From Spirochaetia bacterium (GTDB lineage: Bacteria; Spirochaetota; Spirochaetia; SZUA-6; Bin103), in the NCBI GenBank assembly GCA_965199955.1, contig CBDATQ010000001.1, forward strand, positions 2,006,284 through 2,070,283: a stretch of 64,000 nucleotides of DNA, given 5' to 3'. Shown one piece after another: positions 49,500 through 58,960 of this stretch. A model generated the notes under the pieces. It saw only the letters and a program-made list of their open reading frames with translations, made no database searches and had not been told where the DNA came from. A program made the translations under genes and the position numbers. How positions within the stretch are numbered: the stretch's first letter is position 1; the number at the start of each line of letters is the position of its first letter.

Positions 49500-50443
49500 C
49501 GGTCGCGGCGGGCATCAGCCGGGTCGGGATCTGCGGCGCCGGCCAGATGGGCGCCGCGGCGGCCGTGGCCTTCAAGCGTGGCGGCTACGAAGTTCTGGTG
49601 TGGGATCGGGACCCAGAGCGGCTCGCCGGGGTCGAGGAGACGGCGGCGTCCCTGGAGGACTGGACGGAGCGCCACGTCGGTCCCGCGTTGCGGGCGGGGG
49701 GCGCGATCAGAACTGCCGGGGAGCCGGCGGAGCTCGACCGGGGCGCCGATCTGATCATGGAGGCCATCGTCGAGGACCTTGATCGCAAAGGGGACCTGCT
49801 CCGCGGGTTCGCGGTCGCCAGGGAGCGCGGAGCGATCTTCATCAGCACCACCAGCGGGCTCCCCATTACGGAGCTGGGGCGCCGCGGCGCCTGCGCCGAG
49901 CTGCTGGCGGGCACGCACTTCTGGAACCCGCCCCACTTGATGCCCCTGGTCGAGGTGGTCCGCGGCGAAGGGACGCCGGACAGCGTGATGGACCGGGTGT
50001 GCGAGGTGATGACCTCGATCCGCAAGATCCCCGTGCGCGTCAACCGCGACATCCCCGGGTTCATCGGCAACCGCATGCTGCACGCGCTCTGGCGCGAAGC
50101 GATCTACTTGGCGCAGGAAGGGGTCGCCACGGCCGAGGAGATCGACAGGGTGGCGCGCCTGACGTTCGCGCTGCGGATGCCCGCCCTCGGTCCGCTGGAG
50201 AACATGGACCTGGTCGGGCTCGACCTGATCGGCGCCATCCACGACTACCTGATGGAGTCCCTGTCGAACGAAGGCGAGCCGTTGCCGGCGCTGCGTGACC
50301 GGATCGGCCGGGGCGAACTCGGCGCCAAGAGCGGTGCCGGCTTCCACGACTGGTCCGGCCGCGACGCTGCCGAGGTGGCGGAACGCCGCGACCGGCAGAT
50401 CGTCCGCCAGCTTGCATACCTCAGGGAGACCGGCGACCTGTGA
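49496..50443 (+). CDS. 3-hydroxyacyl-CoA (3-hydroxybutyryl-CoA) dehydrogenase
   Basis: GTG at 49496 overlaps the SDR stop. VGICGAGQMGAAAA Rossmann motif, NRDIPGFIGNRML and the C-terminal dimerisation domain. The upstream part of track ORF 49004..50443 is run-on. Confidence 0.8.
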   Translation: MTVAAGISRVGICGAGQMGAAAAVAFKRGGYEVLVWDRDPERLAGVEETAASLEDWTERHVGPALRAGGAIRTAGEPAELDRGADLIMEAIVEDLDRKGDLLRGFAVARERGAIFISTTSGLPITELGRRGACAELLAGTHFWNPPHLMPLVEVVRGEGTPDSVMDRVCEVMTSIRKIPVRVNRDIPGFIGNRMLHALWREAIYLAQEGVATAEEIDRVARLTFALRMPALGPLENMDLVGLDLIGAIHDYLMESLSNEGEPLPALRDRIGRGELGAKSGAGFHDWSGRDAAEVAERRDRQIVRQLAYLRETGDL

Positions 50444-50832
50444 GACCGACCGTCTTCGTGCCCGAGCCGATCGCCGCGTGCGGTATGGAGTTGCTGGAGG
50501 CGGCCTGCGATTGCACGGCGCCCTGGACCGAGGGGAGGGTGCCGGCCGATGCCGAAGCGCCGGAGATGCTGCGCGGCGCGGATGTGAGCTCTTCGGGCAG
50601 AACGGCAAACAGTCGGGCTGGGGGTTCGGATACTCCGGTGGCGGTCCTGTTGGACCCGGCGGCCGCGAAGAGCAGCCGCGGCCGGGGGGCCGTCGGTTGG
50701 GGCGGGGCGTTCGGCACGACGACCTGGACCGACCCGGAGCTGGAGATCACGGCGGTGCTGATGGTGCAGCAGGGCAGCCAGGGTGTGGTCCAGGACTTCG
50801 AGAACGCCGTCCGCGCGGCGATCATCGACTGA
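50440..50832 (+). pseudogene. Chimeric relic: N-terminal fragment of a D-2-hydroxyacid dehydrogenase fused to the C-terminal end of a class-C beta-lactamase/serine hydrolase
   Basis: MRPTVFVPEPIAACGMELLEAA...EAPEMLRGADV is 2-HADH N-terminus-like. It is followed by LFGQNGKQSGWGFGY (in another frame) and AVGWGGAFGTTTWTDPELEITAVLMVQQ (beta-lactamase C-terminus). Confidence 0.4.
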
Positions 50833-50856
50833 AGCGGCCGGCATGGAGGGAGAGCC

Positions 50857-51780
50857 ATGAGACGCATGATCATCGACTGCGACCCCGGGCACGACGACGC
50901 GATCGCCCTGATGCTCGCGCACCGGCACGCGCAGGTGGACGGCATCACGACCGTGAGCGGCAACGTGCCGCTTGCCGCCACCACCGCCAACGCGCTGCTG
51001 CTCACGGCGCTGCTCGACGTCGATACGCCCGTGCACGCCGGCGCGGTGCGGCCGCTGGTGGGCGAGCCGCAGCACGCTCCGCACGTCCACGGCGAGTCCG
51101 GCCTGGGCGACGTGACCCGCATGGAGCACGACAGGGTGGTGGCCGGTGACGACGGGGTCGGGTTCCTGCTGGACGCCGCCGCCCCCGACGTGTGGGTCGT
51201 CGCCATGGGACCGCTGACCAACGTGGCGCTGGCGATCGAGCGCGACCCAGAGTGGGTAAAGCGGATCGCCGGCATCGCGCTCATGGGCGGCAGCACCGAC
51301 GTGGGCAACGTGACGCGGGTCGCGGAGTTCAACGTGTACGCCGACCCGGAAGCGGCCGAGCGGGTGTTCCGCTCCGGCGCGGATATCACCATGTGCGGGC
51401 TCAACCTTACCCACCAGGTCATGACGACCGACGCGGTGGCGGAGCGGCTGCGTGGAGCGGAGACACCGGTGGCCGGCTTCGCCGCGCAGGTGTTCGACGA
51501 CCTGCACGGACGCATCGCGGCGCTGACCGGCTTCCGGGAAGCGGCGCTGCACGATCCCTGTGCGGTGCTGGCGGTTACGCACCCGGAGCTGATCGAGACC
51601 GCGCCGCGCGCGGTCAGCGTCGAGGTCGACGGCACGCTCACCCGCGGCATGACCGTCGTCGACCAGCGCCGCGGCCTGCGGGGCGACCCGGCAAACGCGA
51701 ACGTCGGCTACCGGATCGACGCGGAACGGGCGCTGCAGGTGGTCCTGGAGTCGCTGGGAGTCGAGCCGGAGTCGGGCTGA
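50857..51780 (+). CDS. Inosine-uridine preferring nucleoside hydrolase (IUNH family)
   Basis: IIDCDPGHDDAIAL aspartate cluster at the N-terminus. 307 aa. Confidence 0.8.
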   Translation: MRRMIIDCDPGHDDAIALMLAHRHAQVDGITTVSGNVPLAATTANALLLTALLDVDTPVHAGAVRPLVGEPQHAPHVHGESGLGDVTRMEHDRVVAGDDGVGFLLDAAAPDVWVVAMGPLTNVALAIERDPEWVKRIAGIALMGGSTDVGNVTRVAEFNVYADPEAAERVFRSGADITMCGLNLTHQVMTTDAVAERLRGAETPVAGFAAQVFDDLHGRIAALTGFREAALHDPCAVLAVTHPELIETAPRAVSVEVDGTLTRGMTVVDQRRGLRGDPANANVGYRIDAERALQVVLESLGVEPESG

Positions 51781-51793
51781 CCAGTCGTGCGCG

Positions 51794-52335
51794 TCAGGGG
51801 CCGGTCGTTAGCGGTACAATGTCGCTCCAGCCATAGGCGACCTCCGTCAGCTCCGTGCCGCCTATCGTGATCGTCTCCACTCGGACCTCGGCACCGCCCA
51901 GCGCCTCGTAGAAGTTCCGGGACGGATTGTCCGTGAGCACCCAGGTCAGCATCGAGCGCCACCCTCGGGAGAGGAACCACGAGCAGAGCGCCGCCACCAG
52001 CCGCTTTCCCACACCTTGCCGCTGACCGGACTCGAAGAGGTAGATCGCGTAGAGCTCGGCCGAGTACTCAGGAGTGGCCTCTTCCGATCCCTCGGAGGCG
52101 ATCTGCGGATCGTCCGAACACGATGCGGTCCCGCTCGCCGGGGGAGCGCCGCTCCGCTCCGGTCCGCCGGAGGCGAACCCGATGATCCGCCCGTCCCGAT
52201 CCTTGGCGACGAAGGCGGTCTGCCGCTCGTCCGCAAGGATGCGATGCCAGCGCTCCTCCCGTTCCTCGTAGTCCAGGCCGGCCACGTGCTCAGCGGGTAC
52301 GATGCCGGTGTAGGTGGACCGCCAGCTATCGATCC
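51794..52335 (-). pseudogene. GNAT N-acetyltransferase lacking its first approximately 15-20 codons and start codon
   Basis: RIDSWRSTYTGIVPAEHVAGLDYEE...QRQGVGKRLVAAL is a GNAT helix-1 plus the Q/R-x-x-G-x-G/A motif. The in-frame stop lies immediately upstream (about 52390), with no ATG/GTG/TTG before helix 1. Confidence 0.5.
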
Positions 52336-52668
52336 GACCCGCGCCTGCTCGACCGAATCGCCGAAAGGGGCGTCACCATCGAATGTCCACTTTCGTGCAA
52401 CGTGATGCTTGGAGCCGTGCAGAGCTATGAGGATCACCCGATTCGCCGCTTCGTGGAGCGAGGGATCCCGGTGACCATCTGCACTGACGATCCGGTGAAG
52501 GCCGTCACCACGATCGGGCGCGAGTACGCGATCGCGTCGGAACTGGGTTTCTCCGGAGCGGAACTGCTGGCCTGCACACACGCGGCGATCGCGGCGTCGT
52601 TTTGCGATGATGAAACGCGCGGCCGGTTGCTGCGCCTCGTGTCGGAGTCCGCTACGATCGAGCCATGA
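52322..52668 (+). pseudogene. C-terminal approximately 115 codons of adenosine deaminase
   Basis: DPRLLDRIAERGVTIECPLSCNVMLGAV...GIPVTICTDDP...SFCDDETRGRLL matches the CPxSN and TDDP segments of Add. No N-terminal part is present, and it abuts the GNAT relic on the opposite strand. Confidence 0.5.
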
Positions 52669-53600
52669 TGGATATTCAAGAGGCCAAGGACCTGTTCCGC
52701 GGCCCCATGGTGTCGGTGGCGACGCCCTTCACCGCTCGGTTCGACCTGGATCTCGATGCGCTGCGCGACAACATCGCGTTCATGCTCGACCGCGGGATGG
52801 CGACCGGGAAGGGGGTGCTGCTGGTCGCCGCTGCCGGCGGCGAGTTCCCGATGCTGAGCATGGAGGAGCGCAAGGAGGTCATCCGCGCCAGCGTCGAAGC
52901 GGCGGCCGGCCGCATCCCGGTCGCGGCCAGCATCCAGTTCGACGGCACGCGGGAGATCATCGAGCTGGCGCACTACGCCCACCGGGTTGGCGCCAGTCTC
53001 GGGCAGCTCTCGTCTCCCTCCTATTACCCCCCGCCGGCGCAGGACATCTTCGACCTGTTCGAAGCGGTCAGCGAGGAGACCAAGCTGCCCATCATGATCT
53101 ACAACAACTGGTGGACGACGCCGAACATGAACGTCGGCACGGTCGATCGGCTGGCGCGGCTGCCCGGTGTCGTCGCGCTCAAGTGGTCATCGTCGTCCAT
53201 GAGCGAGTACACCACCGGCCTGCACCGGTTCGCCGATCGCCTGGCGATCATCGACAACCTGGGCATGGCGGTGTGGGCGCACCTGCTGGGCGCCATCGGC
53301 TTTATCACCCACCAGAGCAACTTCTGGCCCGAGTACCCGTTGTCGCTCTGGGAGCTCCTGGAGCGCAAGGACTACGACGCCGCGGTGGCCCGGCTTGCCG
53401 GCTTCAGTTGGCCCTGGGACCAGTGGACGCACAAGGTGTGCGAGGAGACCGAAGGGGAGGGGCCGTTCATCAAGGCAGCCATGGAGGAGGTCGGACTGAC
53501 GGCTGGCCCCCCGCGTCCGCCGGCACGTCCGGTGAGCGCCGGCCTCCGGCAGGAGTTGCGAAGCCTGTTCGCCGACTCCGGGGTCCCCAAAGCGGCATGA
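52665..53600 (+). CDS. Dihydrodipicolinate synthase/N-acetylneuraminate lyase (DapA) family class I aldolase
   Basis: 311-aa TIM-barrel pattern with VATPFTARFDLD, GVLLVAAAGGEF and the Schiff-base-lysine region VVALKWSS. Confidence 0.7.
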   Translation: MMDIQEAKDLFRGPMVSVATPFTARFDLDLDALRDNIAFMLDRGMATGKGVLLVAAAGGEFPMLSMEERKEVIRASVEAAAGRIPVAASIQFDGTREIIELAHYAHRVGASLGQLSSPSYYPPPAQDIFDLFEAVSEETKLPIMIYNNWWTTPNMNVGTVDRLARLPGVVALKWSSSSMSEYTTGLHRFADRLAIIDNLGMAVWAHLLGAIGFITHQSNFWPEYPLSLWELLERKDYDAAVARLAGFSWPWDQWTHKVCEETEGEGPFIKAAMEEVGLTAGPPRPPARPVSAGLRQELRSLFADSGVPKAA

Positions 53601-53621
53601 TCCGCTGACGCCGAGCCGGCT

Positions 53622-54405
53622 TCAGCGGCCGATCGCCAGTCGCTCCGCGAGCCGTTCGGGCAGGCCGAGCGCCCGGATCTTGCGCGGCGCCACCTCCACC
53701 GGATAAGGCACGCGGTACTGCGTGAAGCGTTTCCGTCCGGTGTCGAACACCCCGAACGCGGCGTCCGGGTTGCCGTCGCGGGGTTGGCCCACGGAGCCGG
53801 GATTGATCGGGTAACGGCTGCCCGCGTCGAGTGTCAGGGAGTCTCCGGAAGCAGGCACCACCCCGCGCACCGGCGTCCCGATCGCGCCCGCGGCACGTTT
53901 CGGCCGCTCTTGCTGCAGGATCATGGCCACATGGGTGTGTCCGAAAAAACATACATCGGTATCAGGGAGACCGTTGCCCAGCGCCTGGAACGACTCGCGC
54001 GCGTCGTATCCGTCGAGCAGATACAGGTCCTCGTCCTGAGGTGAGCCGTGGCACAGCACGATCCCCGGTGCCGCCTGAACCGGCCCCTGCGGAATGTCGC
54101 TCAGCCGGTCCAGGTCGGCCGCCGGCAGCATCCGCCGGTGACGGCGCGCCGCGGCCTGCGCGATGTCGTTGAAGTCGCGGTCACTGGCGATGCCGGCCAC
54201 CACCTTGTCGTGGTTGCCGCGGACGCAGTGGTCGGGCGATCGCCAGCCCGCGTTCCAGGCACGCGGCGGGGTCGGCGTTGTAGCCGACCAGATCGCCCAG
54301 AAGCCGGTACGCGTCGATACGGACCGGCAGGGCGTCCAGTGCCGCCTCGACCGCCGGCAGCGCTTCGAGGTTGCCGTGGATGTCGGACAGGACGGCGTAG
54401 GTCAT
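53622..54405 (-). pseudogene. Metallophosphoesterase (YfcE/MJ0936-like) with a single-nucleotide frameshift
   Basis: N-terminus MTYAVLSDIHGNLEALPAV...YRLLGDLVGY (ORF 54181..54405). It switches frame at about 54222 to DHCVRGNHDKVVAGIA...FFGHTHV (ORF 53622..54203). Confidence 0.6.
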
Positions 54406-54441
54406 GGGCCGATCCCCGCCCGATGCCGCGGGAGGCCGCGC

Positions 54442-55230
54442 CTAGGTGGCCGTGGCCGGCTCCCTGACGCTGGCGGTGACCGGCTCGAATTGACGAGCGA
54501 CGACCCAGTCCGGGCGCGGGTTTTCCACGCCGTCCGGCACGTTGTCGATCGCCGCGAACGCGTAGATCAGGCTGTAGCGCTTCGTCGGTGACAAGTTGTG
54601 GTTCGAGCCGTGCACGGTCCGGCAGTCGAAGAAGCAGACGTCGCCGGCCTCACCCTCGATGGGGATGATCATCGCCTCGTCGGTGATGTGCTCGCGCAGC
54701 GCTTCCGGCGTGATGCACCACTGCTTGTAGCTGGTGGTGACCTCGTCGCTGTAGTGGTCCAGCACGCCCCAGCGGTGCGAGCCCCGGATCAGCATGACGC
54801 AGCCGTTCGCGCTCGTGTTCGGGCCGAGCATCACCAGCGCGGAGGTCAGTCGGTCGTCGACGCCGTCGTAGCGCCAGTAGCCGTAGTCCTGGTGCCAGAG
54901 CCACACGGTGCCCTCGAACGACTCCTTGTAGTTCAGTTTGCTGTGGAAGACGTAGGCGTCGTCACCGAAGATCTGCTTGACCGGCCCGGCGACCGGCTCC
55001 GACCGGCAGAGGTCTCGGAACGGCTCGATGCTGCGGTGCGCGCAGAACACCGAGCGCACCGGTCCGCTCTTCTCCCGCACCACGTGCACCTCCGCCGGGT
55101 TGTCGGCGTCTTCCGCCATCACCGCGTCCGCCGCGGCGCGCAGCTCCTCGATCCGATCCGGCGGGATCACGCCCCGCTGCACCAGGAATCCGTCCTCTCG
55201 GTAGGTGGCGAGTTCTCGTTCCGTCCACAT
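54442..55230 (-). CDS. PhyH-family Fe(II)/2-oxoglutarate dioxygenase (ectoine-hydroxylase-like)
   Basis: GGAGG RBS 7 nt before ATG 55230 (MWTERELATY). FHSKLNYK, WHQDYGYW and RTVHGSNHN give the 2-His-1-carboxylate pattern. The upstream 228 codons of the track ORF are run-on. Confidence 0.7.
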   Translation of the reverse strand: MWTERELATYREDGFLVQRGVIPPDRIEELRAAADAVMAEDADNPAEVHVVREKSGPVRSVFCAHRSIEPFRDLCRSEPVAGPVKQIFGDDAYVFHSKLNYKESFEGTVWLWHQDYGYWRYDGVDDRLTSALVMLGPNTSANGCVMLIRGSHRWGVLDHYSDEVTTSYKQWCITPEALREHITDEAMIIPIEGEAGDVCFFDCRTVHGSNHNLSPTKRYSLIYAFAAIDNVPDGVENPRPDWVVARQFEPVTASVREPATAT

Positions 55231-55232
55231 GT

Positions 55233-56615
55233 TCAGGCCTCCAATGGTTCGAGGTCCGCCAGCATCGTCGGGATGAGCTCGGCGACGGTGGGGTGAATAT
55301 GCACCGCCCGCTGGATCACGGTATACGGCGCCTTGGCGTACATCACGTCCAGGATCGAATGGATGACCTCGTCGCCGCCGACGCCGAGGATGGCGGCGCC
55401 CAGGATCCGCTCGGTCCCGGCATCTACCAGCACCTTCATGAAGCCCTGCGTCTCGCCCTTCTCCACGGCGCGGCCGACGCGGGTCATCGCCCGCGTGGCG
55501 ATCAGCGCCGGGCGGCCCGATTCCCGGACCTGCTGCTCGCTCATGCCGACGCGGCCGAGCGGCGGGTCGACGTACAGCGCGTAGCAGTCGATGCGGTCCG
55601 CGACGCTGCGGGGGTCGCCGTGCAGGAGGTTGGCGGCGACTATCTCGTAGTCGTTGTAGGCGGTGTGCGTGAAGGCGCCGCGGCCGTTGCACTCGCCCAG
55701 CGCCCACACGCCGGGGACGGCGGTCTGCAGCCCGTCGTCCACGGGGATCAGCCCCCGCCGGTCGACCTCGATGCCGGCGGCGTCCAGGCCCAGGTCGTCG
55801 GTGTTGGGGCGCCGTCCCACCGCCAGCAGCAGGTGCGATCCGACCACGGCCGGTTCCCCGGATGCGCAGTCCAGGGTGGCCGTGACCGCGTCGCCGTCCC
55901 GGCCCACGTCCATGCACGTCGCGTTCAGACGGACGTTCACGCCCTCGGCTTCCAGGATCCCGGTCACCGCCGCACAGATGTCCGGCGACTCCCGCTTGAT
56001 GAGGCGGTCGCCGGTGTCGATGAGCGTGACCTCGCTGCCGAAGCGGCGGTACATCTGCGCGAACTCCAGCCCGATGTAGCCGCCGCCGACGATGATCAGG
56101 TGCTCGGGCAGGACCTCCAGCTCCATGACGGTCGAGTTGGTCAGGTAGTCGACCCGGTCGAGCCCGGCGAACGGCGGCACGAACGCGCGTGCGCCGACGT
56201 TGATGAAGATCCGCTCCGCTTCCAGCAGGTCGTCGCCCACGCGGACCCGGTGAGCCGCCGCGAAGCGCGCGTGCCCCTGGTAGACCGTGCAGTTGGCCAG
56301 CGAGCGGAGCCAGCGCTCGACGCCGACCTCGGACTTTTGCGCGATCGCGTCCTTGCGCGCCTTCACGCGCTTCATGTCCACGCCGACCGCGCCGCCGATC
56401 ACGACGCCGAAGTCGGCTGCCCGGCGCGCCACGTGCGCGGCGCGGGCGCTGGCCACCAGCGCCTTGGTGGGAATGCAGCCCACGTTGACGCAGGTGCCGC
56501 CGAAGCGGTGGCGCTCGATGATGGCGGTGTCCATGCCGGCGCCGGCCAACGCGGCGGCCAGGCTGGGACCGGCCTGCCCGGTGCCGATGACGATCGCGTC
56601 GTACGTGCGGGCCAT
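55233..56615 (-). CDS. Class-I pyridine-nucleotide-disulfide oxidoreductase (mercuric-reductase/dihydrolipoamide-dehydrogenase-like, no NmerA)
   Basis: MARTYDAIVIGTGQAG FAD site, GGTCVNVGCIPTK redox disulfide, IVGGGYIGLEFA NAD site and the C-terminal dimerisation His region. Confidence 0.75.
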   Translation of the reverse strand: MARTYDAIVIGTGQAGPSLAAALAGAGMDTAIIERHRFGGTCVNVGCIPTKALVASARAAHVARRAADFGVVIGGAVGVDMKRVKARKDAIAQKSEVGVERWLRSLANCTVYQGHARFAAAHRVRVGDDLLEAERIFINVGARAFVPPFAGLDRVDYLTNSTVMELEVLPEHLIIVGGGYIGLEFAQMYRRFGSEVTLIDTGDRLIKRESPDICAAVTGILEAEGVNVRLNATCMDVGRDGDAVTATLDCASGEPAVVGSHLLLAVGRRPNTDDLGLDAAGIEVDRRGLIPVDDGLQTAVPGVWALGECNGRGAFTHTAYNDYEIVAANLLHGDPRSVADRIDCYALYVDPPLGRVGMSEQQVRESGRPALIATRAMTRVGRAVEKGETQGFMKVLVDAGTERILGAAILGVGGDEVIHSILDVMYAKAPYTVIQRAVHIHPTVAELIPTMLADLEPLEA

Positions 56616-56622
56616 GGGCGGC

Positions 56623-57660
56623 TCAGATCCAGCCGTGGCGGATGGAAACCGGAACGCCTGAGCGCTGCGTTTCCCAGGCGGGTCCGGCGGACAGCATCAC
56701 CTCGCGCCCGGTGAGAGCGGACTCTTCTGCGGCGAACAGGATCTCCATGATGTGACGCGTCCACTGGCCGTGCGCGGGCGGCTCGATGTTCAGCCGGATC
56801 GCCTCCACGAACGCCCGCCACTGCTCGGTCATGCCGGCCGGGGGCGTCTCGAACGGTACGTCCGTCCACTGGTTGTCCTTGCCGATCTGCACCGACCCGC
56901 TTGCGAAGCGCAGCGATCCCTGCGTGCCGTACATGATGCAGTCGTGCGTGGGCGCGCCGTCGGCGTACGCCACGGCGATGGCGATGCCGGCCGCGCCGTT
57001 CTTGTAGCGGATGAAGACCGTGGACGTGTCGTCGGCCGCCTGGTAGTGGGCGCGGGTGCCGATCGCCGCCGACACCGACAGCGCCTGCGAGGCCATCACC
57101 CAGGTCAGCCGGTCGACGACGTGCACGCCGTTGGTCATCCACATGCCGCCGCCGTGGAAGCGGCTGCGGTATTGGGGACGGCGCGTGGCGTGGTTCCAGT
57201 TCTTGCACATGTAGCTGACCGCGGTTACGACCGGCCCGATCTCGCCCGAGTCCAGGATCTCCTTGGCCTTCATCGCCGGCCCGCCGAAGTGCTGGGTCAG
57301 TCCGACCATCAGCTTCACGCCGGCCTCCTCGGCCGCCGCGACCATCTCGTCGCACTGCTGGAGGTTGAGCGCCATCGGCTTCTCCACCATCACGTGCTTG
57401 CCGGCGCGACAGGCATCGACGGTGAGCCGGTGGTGAAGCTGGTGCCCGAGCGTGATGGCGACCGCCTCGACCTCGTCGTCGGCCAGCAATTCGGTATGCG
57501 AGGCGTAGCCCCTGGCGACGCCGTACGCCTTCATGACCCTCTCGCGCGGCTCCTCGAGCAGATCGGCGCACGCCACCACCTCGACGTCGTCGAGCGTCGC
57601 GATCGCCTGCAAGTGGGAGCTGGAGATGCCTCCCAGGCCGACGATCCCTACTTTCAACAT
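56623..57660 (-). CDS. Gfo/Idh/MocA family NAD(P)-dependent oxidoreductase
   Basis: MLKVGIVGLGGISSSH Rossmann N-terminus and EKP motif (HVMVEKPMA). It lies 8 nt upstream of the disulfide oxidoreductase gene. Confidence 0.75.
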   Translation of the reverse strand: MLKVGIVGLGGISSSHLQAIATLDDVEVVACADLLEEPRERVMKAYGVARGYASHTELLADDEVEAVAITLGHQLHHRLTVDACRAGKHVMVEKPMALNLQQCDEMVAAAEEAGVKLMVGLTQHFGGPAMKAKEILDSGEIGPVVTAVSYMCKNWNHATRRPQYRSRFHGGGMWMTNGVHVVDRLTWVMASQALSVSAAIGTRAHYQAADDTSTVFIRYKNGAAGIAIAVAYADGAPTHDCIMYGTQGSLRFASGSVQIGKDNQWTDVPFETPPAGMTEQWRAFVEAIRLNIEPPAHGQWTRHIMEILFAAEESALTGREVMLSAGPAWETQRSGVPVSIRHGWI

Positions 57661-57748
57661 CTGTTCCTCCTGCATGCGGCCGTGTCGTCCGGGTAACGGC
57701 CGGCGCCTCAGTGTGCCACAATGGCGGCGCCATGGTGGGGAAGGTGCG

Positions 57749-58393
57749 ATGCGATTGATCCTGGAGCAGATACGGACCGGCGGCGACCGGAACTTCGCCT
57801 ATCTGGTCGGTGATCGCGAGGCCGGGGTGGCCGCGATCGTCGACCCGAGTTTCGACCCGGCCGCCGTGGTGGAGCGGGCAGCCGCGCAGGGCCTGTCGGT
57901 GGCCTACGTCGTCAACACGCACGGCCACGCCGACCACACCAACGGCAACGACGAGGCGCGCAGGCTCACCGGCGCCCCGCTCGTCGCCTTCGGCTCGAAC
58001 GCCGACCATCGCCTGGACGACGGCGGCGTGCTGGAGGTCGGCGCGCTGCGCCTGCGCGCGCTCCACACCCCCGGCCACGCCGACGACCACCTGGTCCTGT
58101 TCGAGCCGGACGAGCGCTTCGCCCTGACCGGCGACCTGCTGTTCGTGGGCAAGGTCGGCGGCACCTCCGGCCGCGACGCGGCCCGCACGGAGTGGGACAG
58201 CCTGCACCGGCTGCTGGATGCCGCCGGCGACGACGTCACCGTCTGGCCCGGGCACGACTACGGCTGCCGGCCGGCGTCCACGATCGGCATGGAGCGGCGG
58301 ACCAACCCATTTCTGGGCTGCGAGGACTTCGAGGCGTTCTTCGATCTCAAGGAGCGCTGGCCGTCGTTCAAGGCCGAGCATGGCCTGCGCTGA
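57749..58393 (+). CDS. MBL-fold metallo-hydrolase (glyoxalase II-like)
   Basis: NTHGHADHTNGN (H-x-H-x-D-H), later HTPGH, and a C-terminal His. Confidence 0.7.
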   Translation: MRLILEQIRTGGDRNFAYLVGDREAGVAAIVDPSFDPAAVVERAAAQGLSVAYVVNTHGHADHTNGNDEARRLTGAPLVAFGSNADHRLDDGGVLEVGALRLRALHTPGHADDHLVLFEPDERFALTGDLLFVGKVGGTSGRDAARTEWDSLHRLLDAAGDDVTVWPGHDYGCRPASTIGMERRTNPFLGCEDFEAFFDLKERWPSFKAEHGLR

Positions 58394-58423
58394 CGCGCCC
58401 GGCGGGCGTGGTACCGTAGACGG

Positions 58424-58822
58424 ATGAAGTACTCGTACGATCACGTCCACCTCCAGACCAACGACCTGGACGCCACGGTCGCCTGGTTCGAACGCATGTT
58501 CGATGCGCGCCGGCTGTGGATCGGGGAGTTCAAGGGCACCAAGATCACCCACCTGGGGTTCCACGATACCTTCGTCAACGTCTTCCACCGCGCGCCGACC
58601 AATCCCGACACGACCCCGGAGGACGCGGTGATTCATCACTTCGCCATGCGTCCCGACGACTACGACGCCGCCATCGCCGACCTCAAGCGCCGCGGCGCCC
58701 GCTTTCACACCGAGCCGGCCGCGGTCGGCCCGCACCTGCGGGTCGCCTTCATCGAAGGGCCCGACAACCTGCGCGTGGAGATCATCGAAGGCGACCTGCC
58801 CGAGGGGACCGGCCTGGAGTAG
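58424..58822 (+). CDS. VOC-family (glyoxalase/bleomycin-resistance/dioxygenase fold) protein
   Basis: 132-aa product with YDHVHLQTNDLDATVAWFERMF and HHFAMRPDDYD, a paired beta-alpha-beta-beta-beta module pattern. Confidence 0.65.
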   Translation: MKYSYDHVHLQTNDLDATVAWFERMFDARRLWIGEFKGTKITHLGFHDTFVNVFHRAPTNPDTTPEDAVIHHFAMRPDDYDAAIADLKRRGARFHTEPAAVGPHLRVAFIEGPDNLRVEIIEGDLPEGTGLE

Positions 58823-58960
58823 CGCGAATTGTCCTTCACAGAAGGAGAATTCAGTCCTGATTGGTCACTGTGAGAGCGACAATCGCTCCCGCGTGCGCGT
58901 GCGAGTGGTCGTTGATCCCGTTCGTGCCGCGGCGGTACTGTGGCGCGAGGTGACGTGCCG

